This document shows, piece after piece, positions 36,010 to 45,874 of a stretch of DNA of 64,000 nt. Each line of letters opens with the position of its first letter. The stretch's first letter is position 1. Origin of the DNA: Escherichia coli. GTDB lineage: Bacteria; Pseudomonadota; Gammaproteobacteria; Enterobacterales; Enterobacteriaceae. Below the pieces are notes generated by a model. The model was not told the DNA's origin. It made no database searches and saw only the letters and a list, made by a program, of their open reading frames with translations. The stretch lies in assembly GCF_046105845.1 (NCBI RefSeq), contig NZ_CP151004.1. One strand, given 5' to 3'. Both the position numbers and the translations under genes were made by a program.

Positions 36010-39000
36010 ATGAATAGAATCTATCGCGTGATATGGAATTGCACCCTACAGGTATTTCAGGCCTGCTCGGAATTAACTCGCAGGGTAGGTAAAACATCAA
36101 CGGTTAATTTGCGTAAATCCTCTGGACTGACAACGAAATTCAGTAGATTGACGCTGGGTGTTTTGCTGGCACTAAGCGGTTCAGCGTCTGGTGCGAGTCT
36201 GGAAGTTGATAATGATCAGATTATCAATATTGATACTGATGTTGCTTATGATGCCTACCTGGTTGGGTGGTATGGCACTGGAGTGCTTAATATTTTGGCT
36301 GGCGGTAATGCCTCCTTAACCACTATTACTACCAGCGTCATTGGTGGTAATGAGAACTCGAAGGGCACCGTTAATGTTTTGGGTGGCACCTGGCGATTGT
36401 ATGATAGCGGAAATAATGCAAGGCCTTTAAATGTGGGCCAATCCGGAACGGGGATGCTGAATATTAAACAGAAGGGGCACGTTGACGGAGGCTATTTAAG
36501 ATTAGGTACTCAAGCTGTAGGCGTCGGGATGGTTAATGTTGAGGGAGAGGACTCGGTTCTGACGACCGAATTATTCGAAATAGGGAGTTACGGTACAGGC
36601 TCATTAAATATTACGGATAAGGGTTACGTCACGAGTTCAATCGTCGCCATTGTAGGATATCAGGCGAACAGCACTGGTAAGGTTGTCGTTGAAAAGGGTG
36701 GCGAGTGGCTAATAAAAAATAATGATTCCTCAATTGAATTTCAAATTGGTAATCAAGGAACTGGGGAGGCGACTATTCGCGAGGGTGGACTGATTACGGC
36801 TGAAAATACGATTATCGGTGGCAATGCCACCGGTATCGGAACCCTGAATGTGCAGGATCAAGACTCTGTCATCACGGTACGCAGAGTCTATAATGGATAT
36901 TTCGGTAATGGCACAGTCAATATTTCCAATAATGGACTGATTAATAATAAAGAATATTCATTGGTGGGCGTTCAGGACGGGTCCCACGGTGTCGTCAACG
37001 TGACCAATAAAGGGCATTGGAATTTCCTCGGAACGGGCGAAGCTTTCCGCTATATCTATATCGGTGATGCTGGCGACGGTGAACTTAATGTCTCTAGTGA
37101 AGGCAAAGTAGATTCGGGAATTATCACTGCGGGGATGAAAGAAACAGGCACAGGCAACATTACTATTAAGGATAAGAACTCCATTATCACTAATCTCGGA
37201 ACTAATCTTGGTTATGACGGCCACGGCGAAATGAATATCAGTAATGAGGGGCTTGTTATCAGCAACGGAGGAAGCTCACTCGGTTATGGAGAAACCGGCG
37301 TCGGGAAGGTTAGCATCACCACGGGGGGGATGTGGGAGGTCAATAAGAATGTCTATACCACCATTGGTGTTGCGGGCGTCGGAAACCTCAATATCAGCGA
37401 TGGCGGTAAGTTCGTATCGCAAAATATTACTTTTTTGGGCGATAAAGCAAGCGGTATCGGCACACTGAACCTGATGGATGCGACATCATCGTTCGATACT
37501 GTAGGTATCAATGTCGGTAATTTTGGTAGCGGCATCGTAAATGTCAGTAATGGTGCCACCCTTAATTCAACGGGCTATGGATTTATCGGAGGAAATGCCT
37601 CCGGTAAGGGGATAGTTAATATTTCAACGGATAGTCTCTGGAATTTAAAAACGTCATCTACTAACGCCCAATTGTTACAGGTCGGTGTATTAGGCACGGG
37701 TGAACTGAATATTAGCACCGGAGGTATAGTTAAAGCGCGTGATACACAAATAGCTCTCAATGACAAAAGTAAGGGCGACGTGCGGGTGGATGGGCAGAAC
37801 TCTCTTCTTGAAACATTCAATATGAACGTAGGGACGACTGGCACAGGTACGTTAACCCTGACGAATAACGGTACGCTGAATGTCGAAGGTGGAGAAGTTT
37901 ACTTAGGTGTTTTTGCGCCTGCTGTAGGAACGCTAAACATTGGTGCTGCTCACGGTGAGGCGGCGGCAGATGCCGGATTTATCACCAATGCGACGAAAGT
38001 GGAGTTTGGTCTTGGCGAAGGCGTTTTTGTCTTTAATCATACCAATAACAGTGATGCCGGCTACCAGGTCGATATGCTGATTACGGGTGACGATAAAGAC
38101 GGAAAAGTGATGCATGATGCAGGCCATACGGTGTTCAATGCAGGGAATACTTATAGCGGTAAAACGTTGGTCAATGGCGGCCTCCTGACCATTGCGTCAC
38201 ATACGGCAGATGGGGTAACGGGCATGGGTTCGAGTGAAGTAACCATTGCAAACCCCGGTACGCTCGACATTCTCGCATCAACGAACAGTGCAGGAGATTA
38301 CACGCTGACCAATGCGCTCAAAGGCGATGGCTTGATGCGAGTGCAGCTGTCATCCTCCGACAAAATGTTTGGCTTTACCCATGCAACAGGAACTGAATTC
38401 GCCGGTGTTGCCCAACTGAAAGACAGTACCTTCACACTGGAACGCGACAACACCGCTGCGCTTACTCACGCGATGCTTCAGTCTGACAGTGAAAATACCA
38501 CATCGGTAAAAGTGGGAGAGCAATCCATTGGTGGACTAGCCATGAATGGCGGTACGCTCACTTTCGATACGGATATACCTGCTGCGACGCTCGCGGAGGG
38601 ATATATCAGCGTCGATACGCTGGTTGTCGGCGCGGGTGACTACACCTGGAAAGGCCGTAACTATCAGGTAAACGGGACGGGCGACGTGCTTATCGACGTG
38701 CCTAAACCGTGGAATGATCCCATGGCGAATAACCCTCTGACGACGCTCAATTTGCTGGAACACGATGATAGTCATGTCGGCGTTCAACTGGTGAAGGCGC
38801 AAACGGTTATTGGGTCGGGTGGCTCATTAACGTTACGTGATTTACAGGGCGACGAGGTGGAAGCGGACAAAACGTTACATATTGCACAAAACGGGACAGT
38901 GGTCGCCGAGGGTGATTATGGATTCCGCCTCACGACCGCTCCTGGTGATGGTTTGTATGTTAACTATGGGCTGAAAGCGCTGAACATCCATGGTGGGCAA

Positions 39001-41430
39001 AAGCTGACGTTAGCCGAACATGGCGGAGCCTATGGCGCAACGGCCGATATGTCGGCAAAAATCGGTGGTGAAGGGGATCTGGCAATCAATACGGTGCGAC
39101 AGGTTTCGCTTTCTAACGGTCAGAACGACTATCAGGGGGCAACCTACGTTCAGATGGGGACATTACGTACCGATGCGGATGGCGCTCTGGGCAATACTCG
39201 GGAACTGAACATCAGCAACGCGGCCATCGTCGATCTTAATGGATCGGAGCAGACGGTAGAGACATTCACCGGGCTGATGGGTTCGACTATTTTGTTCAAA
39301 GAAGGTTCGCTGACGGTGAATAAAGGTGGGATCAGTCAGGGCGAACTGACAGGTGGCGGAAACCTGAATGTTACAGGGGGAACACTGGCTATCGAGGGGC
39401 TTAATGCACGCTACAATGCGTTAACCAGCATTAGCCCAAATGCGGAAGTCAGCCTCGACAATACGCAGGGGTTAGGCAGAGGAAATATTGCCAATGACGG
39501 TCTGTTAACGCTAAAAAACGTGACCGGCAAACTGCGCAATAGCATAAGCGGTAAAGGTATCGTGAGCGCAACCGCCAGCACAGACGTAGAGCTGGATGGC
39601 GATAATAGCCGCTTTGTGGGGCAATTCAACATCGATGCAGGCAGCGCGCTCAGCGTCAACGAGCAGAAAAACCTGGGTGATGCTTCCGTTATCAATAATG
39701 GCCTGCTCACCATCGCCACTGAGCGTAGCTGGGCGATGACGCACAGTATCACCGGTAGCGGCGATGTGACAAAACTGGGGACCGGGATCCTGACTCTTAA
39801 CAACGATTCCGCGGCGTATCAGGGTACGACGGATATCGTGGGTGGTGAAATTGCTTTCGGTTCCGACTCTGCCATTAATATGGCAAGTCAGCACATTAAT
39901 ATCCATAACAGCGGTGTGATGTCGGGAAATGTCACCACTGCAGGTGATGTGAACGTTATGCCAGGGGGGACACTGCGTGTCGCTAAAACCACTGTCGGCG
40001 GTAACCTGGAGAATGGTGGCACGGTTCAAATGAACAGCGAAGGGGGGAAACCGGGGAATGTACTGACCGTTAACGGCAACTATACCGGAAACAATGGCCT
40101 GATGACGTTCAACGCGACGCTGGGTGGCGATAATTCGCCCACGGATAAAATGAACGTGAAAGGCGATACCCAAGGGAATACTCGCGTTCGGGTTGATAAC
40201 ATTGGCGGCGTCGGTGCACAAACGGTCAACGGTATTGAACTCATTGAGGTTGGCGGTAATTCTGCAGGTAAATTCGCGCTGACCACCGGAACTGTCGAAG
40301 CTGGGGCTTACGTCTACACGCTGGCTAAAGGGAAGGGGAATGACGAGAAAAACTGGTATCTGACCAGTAAATGGGACGGCGTAACGCCAGCGGATACACC
40401 CGATCCCATCAATAATCCCCCTGTTGTGGATCCGGAAGGCCCATCAGTTTATCGCCCGGAGGCCGGAAGCTATATCAGCAACATTGCCGCAGCCAACTCG
40501 CTGTTTAGCCATCGCTTACACGACCGTCTGGGTGAGCCGCAGTATACAGATTCACTGCATTCTCAGGGTTCGGCAAGCAGTATGTGGATGCGTCATGTCG
40601 GGGGGCACGAACGTTTCAGGACCGGTGACGGCCAGCTAAATATTCAGGCTAACCGCTATGTATTGCAGCTAGGAGGCGATTTGGCGCAGTGGAGTAGCAA
40701 CGCGCAGGATCGCTGGCATCTCGGCATCATGGCAGGCTATGCCAATCAGCACAGTAATACTCAGAGTAATCATGTGGGTTATAAATCGGATGGGCGCATC
40801 AGCGGTTACAGCGCAGGACTGTACGCGACCTGGTATCAGAACGATGCGAATAAGACCGGCGCTTATGTTGACAGCTGGGCGCTGTATAACTGGTTTGATA
40901 ACAGCGTCAGTTCCGATAACCGTTCTGCTGACGACTATGATTCTCGCGGTGTGACGGCCTCTGTTGAGGGGGGGTATACCTTTGAAGCGGGAACATTTAG
41001 CGGCAGCGAAGGGACGCTGAATACCTGGTACGTCCAGCCACAGGTACAAATCACCTGGATGGGTGTGAAAGATTCTGACCATACCCGGAAAGACGGAACA
41101 CGCATTGAAACGGAAGGCGACGGAAACGTGCAAACGCGACTTGGGGTGAAAACCTACCTGAACAGCCATCACCAGCGTGACGATGGTAAACAGCGTGAGT
41201 TCCAGCCTTACATTGAAGCGAACTGGATCAACAACAGCAAAGTCTACGCCGTGAAGATGAATGGTCAAACCGTAAGCCGTGATGGTGCGCGTAATCTCGG
41301 TGAAGTACGTACCGGGGTTGAGGCGAAAGTAAATAACAACCTTAGCCTGTGGGGGAATGTCGGTGTGCAACTAGGTGATAAAGGCTATAGCGATACTCAG
41401 GGCATGCTGGGAGTGAAATATATCTGGTAA
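36010..41430 (+). CDS. yneO: AIDA-I/Ag43-type autotransporter adhesin with extended signal peptide region, degenerate repetitive passenger and C-terminal beta-barrel translocator; intact
   Basis: ORF 35962..41430. The likely start is the ESPR motif MNRIYRVIWNCTLQVFQACSELTRRV at 36010, followed by a classical signal peptide (LTLGVLLALSGSASGAS). The passenger carries repeated G-x-GTG-x-LNI-type units; the barrel ends ...GMLGVKYIW. Positional orthologue of the K-12 yneO/ydeK pseudogene between lsrK and hipB (from memory). Confidence 0.88.
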   Translation: MNRIYRVIWNCTLQVFQACSELTRRVGKTSTVNLRKSSGLTTKFSRLTLGVLLALSGSASGASLEVDNDQIINIDTDVAYDAYLVGWYGTGVLNILAGGNASLTTITTSVIGGNENSKGTVNVLGGTWRLYDSGNNARPLNVGQSGTGMLNIKQKGHVDGGYLRLGTQAVGVGMVNVEGEDSVLTTELFEIGSYGTGSLNITDKGYVTSSIVAIVGYQANSTGKVVVEKGGEWLIKNNDSSIEFQIGNQGTGEATIREGGLITAENTIIGGNATGIGTLNVQDQDSVITVRRVYNGYFGNGTVNISNNGLINNKEYSLVGVQDGSHGVVNVTNKGHWNFLGTGEAFRYIYIGDAGDGELNVSSEGKVDSGIITAGMKETGTGNITIKDKNSIITNLGTNLGYDGHGEMNISNEGLVISNGGSSLGYGETGVGKVSITTGGMWEVNKNVYTTIGVAGVGNLNISDGGKFVSQNITFLGDKASGIGTLNLMDATSSFDTVGINVGNFGSGIVNVSNGATLNSTGYGFIGGNASGKGIVNISTDSLWNLKTSSTNAQLLQVGVLGTGELNISTGGIVKARDTQIALNDKSKGDVRVDGQNSLLETFNMNVGTTGTGTLTLTNNGTLNVEGGEVYLGVFAPAVGTLNIGAAHGEAAADAGFITNATKVEFGLGEGVFVFNHTNNSDAGYQVDMLITGDDKDGKVMHDAGHTVFNAGNTYSGKTLVNGGLLTIASHTADGVTGMGSSEVTIANPGTLDILASTNSAGDYTLTNALKGDGLMRVQLSSSDKMFGFTHATGTEFAGVAQLKDSTFTLERDNTAALTHAMLQSDSENTTSVKVGEQSIGGLAMNGGTLTFDTDIPAATLAEGYISVDTLVVGAGDYTWKGRNYQVNGTGDVLIDVPKPWNDPMANNPLTTLNLLEHDDSHVGVQLVKAQTVIGSGGSLTLRDLQGDEVEADKTLHIAQNGTVVAEGDYGFRLTTAPGDGLYVNYGLKALNIHGGQKLTLAEHGGAYGATADMSAKIGGEGDLAINTVRQVSLSNGQNDYQGATYVQMGTLRTDADGALGNTRELNISNAAIVDLNGSEQTVETFTGLMGSTILFKEGSLTVNKGGISQGELTGGGNLNVTGGTLAIEGLNARYNALTSISPNAEVSLDNTQGLGRGNIANDGLLTLKNVTGKLRNSISGKGIVSATASTDVELDGDNSRFVGQFNIDAGSALSVNEQKNLGDASVINNGLLTIATERSWAMTHSITGSGDVTKLGTGILTLNNDSAAYQGTTDIVGGEIAFGSDSAINMASQHINIHNSGVMSGNVTTAGDVNVMPGGTLRVAKTTVGGNLENGGTVQMNSEGGKPGNVLTVNGNYTGNNGLMTFNATLGGDNSPTDKMNVKGDTQGNTRVRVDNIGGVGAQTVNGIELIEVGGNSAGKFALTTGTVEAGAYVYTLAKGKGNDEKNWYLTSKWDGVTPADTPDPINNPPVVDPEGPSVYRPEAGSYISNIAAANSLFSHRLHDRLGEPQYTDSLHSQGSASSMWMRHVGGHERFRTGDGQLNIQANRYVLQLGGDLAQWSSNAQDRWHLGIMAGYANQHSNTQSNHVGYKSDGRISGYSAGLYATWYQNDANKTGAYVDSWALYNWFDNSVSSDNRSADDYDSRGVTASVEGGYTFEAGTFSGSEGTLNTWYVQPQVQITWMGVKDSDHTRKDGTRIETEGDGNVQTRLGVKTYLNSHHQRDDGKQREFQPYIEANWINNSKVYAVKMNGQTVSRDGARNLGEVRTGVEAKVNNNLSLWGNVGVQLGDKGYSDTQGMLGVKYIW

Positions 41431-41437
41431 ACCTTAT

Positions 41438-41467
41438 AAGCCGCATGTCGAAGATGGCATGCGGCTT
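41438..41467 (+). terminator. 10-bp perfect stem hairpin (aagccgcatg / catgcggctt) immediately after the autotransporter stop
   Basis: Inverted repeat read from sequence; weak T-tract. Confidence 0.45.
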
Positions 41468-41506
41468 AATATTGCCGACTTCAAACGACTTTTAAATCCT
41501 CCTTTT

Positions 41507-41620
41507 TATCCGCGATCGCGGATATCACAGCGTTTATCCCGTAGAGCGGATAAAATGTGTTTCCTGATTGACTTTATCCCCACTAAAGGATAAAACTGAT
41601 AATATCCCCTTGAGCGGATA
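41507..41620 (+). promoter_or_regulatory. hipBA operator region: four HipB operators of the form TATCC-N8-GGATA
   Basis: Four copies read directly: TATCCgcgatcgcGGATA (~41507-41524), TATCCcgtagagcGGATA (~41535-41552), TATCCccactaaaGGATA (~41575-41592), TATCCccttgagcGGATA (~41603-41620). Confidence 0.85.
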
Positions 41621-41641
41621 AATATGCTGTGGACGTATGAC

Positions 41642-41908
41642 ATGATGAGCTTTCAGAAGATCTATAGCCCAACGCAATTAGCGAATGCAATGAAACTGGT
41701 TCGTCAGCAAAATGGCTGGACGCAGAGCGAGCTGGCGAAAAAAATCGGTATTAAGCAGGCGACAATTTCCAATTTCGAAAACAACCCTGACAATACCACG
41801 CTCACGACATTTTTTAAGATTTTACAGTCGCTTGAACTCTCAATGACGCTATGCGACACGAAAAATGCCTCGCCAGAATCAACAGAACAGCAAGATCTGG
41901 AGTGGTAA
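41642..41908 (+). CDS. hipB: Antitoxin HipB (Cro/C1-type HTH)
   Basis: ORF 41624..41908; conserved start MMSFQKIYSPTQLANAMKLVRQQNGWTQSELAKKIG at 41642 (88 aa). Confidence 0.93.
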   Translation: MMSFQKIYSPTQLANAMKLVRQQNGWTQSELAKKIGIKQATISNFENNPDNTTLTTFFKILQSLELSMTLCDTKNASPESTEQQDLEW

Positions 41909-43230
41909 TGCCTAAACTTGTCACTTGGATGAACAACCAGCGGGTAGGCGAGTTAACGAAGTTAGCCAATGGCGCGCACACCTTTAAGTATGCACCGGAG
42001 TGGTTAGCTAACCGTTATGCCAGACCGTTGTCACTTTCGCTGCCATTGCAGAGGGGGAATATCACCTCTGATGCCGTATTTAACTTCTTCGATAACCTGT
42101 TACCCGATAGCCCGATTGTACGTGACCGGATCGTTAAACGTTATCATGCCAAATCCAGACAACCGTTTGATTTATTGTCAGAAATAGGGCGAGACAGCGT
42201 TGGTGCCGTGACGTTAATACCCGAAGACGAAACCGTAACGCATCCGATAATGGCATGGGAAAAGCTTACTGAAGCCAGACTTGAAGAAGTATTAACGGCT
42301 TATAAAGCAGATATCCCTCTGGGCATGATTAGAGAAGAAAATGACTTTCGCATCTCGGTTGCTGGCGCGCAGGAGAAGACAGCGCTGCTCAGAATAGGCA
42401 ATGACTGGTGCATTCCGAAAGGAATAACGCCGACGACGCACATCATTAAATTACCGATTGGCGAAATCAGGCAGCCCAATGCGACGCTCGATCTCAGCCA
42501 AAGCGTTGATAATGAGTATTACTGTCTGCTGCTGGCGAAAGAACTTGGGTTGAATGTTCCGGACGCAGAAATCATTAAAGCGGGAAGGGTGCGCGCGTTA
42601 GCGGTCGAACGTTTTGACAGGCGTTGGAATGCTGAGCGAACGGTTTTACTTCGCTTGCCACAGGAGGATATGTGTCAGACATTCGGTTTACCTTTATCGG
42701 TGAAATATGAATCAGATGGAGGCCCAGGCATCGCGCGGATCATGGCTTTTTTGATGGGGTCCAGCGAGGCGCTGAAAGATCGCTATGATTTTATGAAGTT
42801 TCAGGTGTTCCAGTGGTTGATTGGCGCAACGGATGGCCATGCAAAAAACTTCTCCGTATTTATTCAGGCTGGCGGCAGTTATCGACTCACGCCATTTTAC
42901 GACATCATTTCAGCATTTCCGGTATTGGGTGGCGCAGGAATACACATCAGCGATCTCAAACTGGCAATGGGGCTTAACGCATCCAAAGGCAAAAAAACGG
43001 CAATCGATAAAATTTATCCGCGACATTTTCTGGCGACAGCAAAGGTGCTGAAATTTCCGGAAGTGCAGATGCATGAAATCCTGAGTGACTTTGCCAGAAT
43101 GATTCCGGCAGCACTGGATAACGTGAAGACTTCATTACCGACAGATTTTCCGGAGAACGTGGTGACGGCAGTTGAAACAAATGTGTTGAGGTTGCACCGT
43201 CGGTTAAGCCGAGAATACGGTATTAAGTAA
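41908..43230 (+). CDS. hipA: Serine/threonine kinase toxin HipA
   Basis: ORF 41851..43230; conserved start MPKLVTWMNNQRVGELTKLANG at 41908 (440 aa), overlapping the hipB stop by 1 nt. Gly22 is wild-type; the autophosphorylation-site context RISVAGAQEKTAL is present. Confidence 0.93.
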   Translation: MPKLVTWMNNQRVGELTKLANGAHTFKYAPEWLANRYARPLSLSLPLQRGNITSDAVFNFFDNLLPDSPIVRDRIVKRYHAKSRQPFDLLSEIGRDSVGAVTLIPEDETVTHPIMAWEKLTEARLEEVLTAYKADIPLGMIREENDFRISVAGAQEKTALLRIGNDWCIPKGITPTTHIIKLPIGEIRQPNATLDLSQSVDNEYYCLLLAKELGLNVPDAEIIKAGRVRALAVERFDRRWNAERTVLLRLPQEDMCQTFGLPLSVKYESDGGPGIARIMAFLMGSSEALKDRYDFMKFQVFQWLIGATDGHAKNFSVFIQAGGSYRLTPFYDIISAFPVLGGAGIHISDLKLAMGLNASKGKKTAIDKIYPRHFLATAKVLKFPEVQMHEILSDFARMIPAALDNVKTSLPTDFPENVVTAVETNVLRLHRRLSREYGIK

Positions 43231-43510
43231 GATATGGGGTTTGGCTGTTGTTAATGAGCAGGACAATCATGACCGCCAACGACTGGATTCTCCCTTGGTT
43301 TATGTTGGTGCGCATAATGTATATTATGTTAAATTGAATTTGAGTGATACGAAGCGATTTTCCGGTCGTCGTTATTACTTCAGGGTTCCAGAACATAAAG
43401 CCTCTCCTCTTTCATAATTGGCCTGTGCATACCGGATATAGGCTGGCTGGTATGCAGGTTTGCCGTTTGCCGCATCTTCCCTGCGTTGAAGAGTCAGGCT
43501 GGCAAACCGC

Positions 43511-43765
43511 GTGCAAATGAACACCCCCTCTTTCCATCAACACTTCAGACAGCTTGCGGGAATGAGTCCACTCCGGTATCAGAAATGGCTACGCCTCAAT
43601 GAAGCCAGGCGACTGATGCTGAATGAACATTACGATGTCACCACTGCAGCCTATGCTGTCGGTTACGAAAGCTTATCCCATTTCAGTCGGGAATATTCGC
43701 GGATGTTTGGAGAGTCACCTAAGAGAGATATTACCGGGTTAAGAAAGTCTGTCGGTCAGCTTTAA
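43511..43765 (+). pseudogene. yneL: AraC-family regulator remnant (C-terminal HTH domain only)
   Basis: 84-aa ORF HFRQLAGMSPLRYQKWLRLNEARRLMLNEHYDVTTAAYAVGYESLSHFSREYSRMFGESP is the second AraC HTH; no N-terminal effector domain ORF upstream. Confidence 0.55.
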
Positions 43766-44198
43766 TAAACCCTGCACTTATCTGTTTAGAGCAATTCCGT
43801 GTTAGTTACACCAGTCAAACATTAACCATAGCTAATGTTTTATAGCCATATAAACCATTGGCCGCTCTTGACCTTTCCTGACACTTCCCTTGTTCGCAAT
43901 AATATTCTGTTTAGTCGCTGTTTATAAATAACATGCATAATGAAATCGTAATGTTATTTAGCGACATAAAATGTCTTTGCAAATACTCTCTACAACAAGT
44001 GCTGCAATAAACTTGTTGTGATTAGGTGTCCTTGTAATTTAAAGATATTATCGTTCTTCGTGAAATGTAATAACCCTGGAAACTATATTCTCAGGGCAAT
44101 ATCCCATCAAGAATGATTCTTGTTTTATAAGCAATAACAGAATTACTTAATTGTTAACTTTCTTTATTCAGCTACTTAAATATAAATTTTGGAGAATT

Positions 44199-44762
44199 AT
44201 GAAACTCAAACATGTCGGTATGATTGTCGTTTCTGTGTTGGCGATGTCGTCTGCTGCGGTAAGCGCAGCCGAGGGTGATGAATCAGTAACGACCACTGTT
44301 AATGGCGGTGTTATTCATTTTAAAGGTGAAGTGGTAAATGCCGCTTGTGCGATTGATTCAGAATCAATGAACCAAACGGTTGAGCTGGGTCAGGTCCGTT
44401 CTTCTCGTCTGGCTAAAGCGGGTGACCTCAGCTCCGCCGTTGGCTTCAATATCAAGCTGAATGATTGTGATACCAATGTTTCCAGTAATGCAGCTGTTGC
44501 ATTCCTGGGTACTACTGTCACCAGTAATGACGATACCTTAGCGCTGCAGAGTTCAGCGGCAGGCTCTGCCCAAAATGTCGGTATTCAAATTTTGGACCGT
44601 ACGGGGGAGGTATTAATACTTGATGGTGCCACTTTTAGCGCTAAAACCGACTTGATTGATGGCACGAATATACTGCCATTCCAGGCTCGTTATATTGCTC
44701 TCGGGCAGTCAGTAGCTGGTACTGCAAACGCTGATGCGACCTTCAAAGTTCAATATCTATAA
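44199..44762 (+). CDS. F9-type fimbrial major subunit (FimA-like pilin)
   Basis: ORF 44151..44762; start taken at [23 protein letters not shown] (44199) after GGAG; pilin-like with a conserved Cys pair. Absent from K-12 (from memory). Confidence 0.85.
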   Translation: MKLKHVGMIVVSVLAMSSAAVSAAEGDESVTTTVNGGVIHFKGEVVNAACAIDSESMNQTVELGQVRSSRLAKAGDLSSAVGFNIKLNDCDTNVSSNAAVAFLGTTVTSNDDTLALQSSAAGSAQNVGIQILDRTGEVLILDGATFSAKTDLIDGTNILPFQARYIALGQSVAGTANADATFKVQYL

Positions 44763-44803
44763 TTCAATCTTAAGGTGGCTATACGTCATCTGAAATTGAA
44801 ACA

Positions 44804-44832
44804 GGGTGTGTGTGGCATGGCTACGCACACCC
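44804..44832 (+). other. Intercistronic stem-loop (gggtgtg...cgcacaccc) downstream of the fimbrial major subunit gene
   Basis: Imperfect inverted repeat read from sequence; no T-tract. Such hairpins typically set major-subunit to assembly-protein stoichiometry in chaperone-usher operons. Confidence 0.4.
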
Positions 44833-45113
44833 GAGCAATTCACCAATGTGAATCTCATTATTAATGAGGAGTGGTTTGTATTTGGAGCACTATGAAAAAT
44901 CACATAATATCTAAACGTTCAATAAACAACAGTAGTTAAACTTACTGTTATTTAAAATATTTACTTTGTAGCAAGGTTTTCCTGTTAAAAGAGAACCAAC
45001 ATTTATTACAAACGCATTAAGTCTGGAAACCCAGCGAGTCGCCGATGTATTAGCAACATTTACCGATTGTCTGATGTAACGGTTTCCCCGCTTATCCTCT
45101 TAACACATGGAGA

Positions 45114-45833
45114 ATGCATCAGATGCAAACTACGCGTACCCCCTACTCTGTTTCCTTTATGGCGACAGTGTTACTTTTATTGGTCTTTGCTTGCCATAGC
45201 ACCATTGCCAACGCAGCTGTCGCACTGGGTGCGACGCGGGTAATTTATCCGGCAAACCAGAAACAGGTTTTATTGCCTGTCACGAATAATGATCCTGCCA
45301 GTGTCTATCTCATTCAGTCATGGATAGAAAATGCAGGTGACCAAAAAGACACCCAGTTTGTCATTACCCCACCGCTTTTTTCCATGCAAGGTAAAAAAGA
45401 GAATACGCTGCGGATAATCAACGCCACTAATCATCAGTTACCAGGCGACCGTGAAAGCCTGTTCTGGGTGAATGTTAAAGCTATTCCTGCTATGGAAAAA
45501 GACCAGAAGAATGAGAATACATTACAGCTGGCAATTATTAGCCGCATAAAAATGTTTTATCGCCCCACGAACCTGGCAATGGCACCTGAAGAAGCGCCTG
45601 CAATGCTTCGGTTTCGTCGCAGCGGTAGCAAACTCACTCTTATTAATCCAACGCCCTACTTCATTACCGTAACAAATATGAAAGCAGGAAATAGCAATCT
45701 CCCAAACACCATGGTGCCGCCAAAAGGTGAAGTATCGGTGGATATCCCGCATGCTGCAACCGGGGATATCAGTTTTCAGACGATCAATGATTACGGTGCA
45801 TTAACTCCGCGTATTAAGGCAACCATGCAGTAA
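45114..45833 (+). CDS. Periplasmic fimbrial chaperone (PapD/FimC family)
   Basis: 239-aa ORF; mature N-terminus AVALGATRVIYP is typical of FimC-like chaperones. The start may be a downstream ATG. Confidence 0.85.
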   Translation: MHQMQTTRTPYSVSFMATVLLLLVFACHSTIANAAVALGATRVIYPANQKQVLLPVTNNDPASVYLIQSWIENAGDQKDTQFVITPPLFSMQGKKENTLRIINATNHQLPGDRESLFWVNVKAIPAMEKDQKNENTLQLAIISRIKMFYRPTNLAMAPEEAPAMLRFRRSGSKLTLINPTPYFITVTNMKAGNSNLPNTMVPPKGEVSVDIPHAATGDISFQTINDYGALTPRIKATMQ

Positions 45834-45874
45834 GCCAGTGACCTAATTAATAATAAACTCAATCGGAATTAAAA

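Noticed and set aside
39511-41370. Long minus-strand ORFs (236 aa at 39511..40221 and 233 aa at 40669..41370) inside the autotransporter gene
   Set aside because: Entirely antisense to a well-supported 1.8-kb coding region; no start context or recognisable domains. Judged to be chance antisense frames of a G/T-rich repeat-encoding gene.
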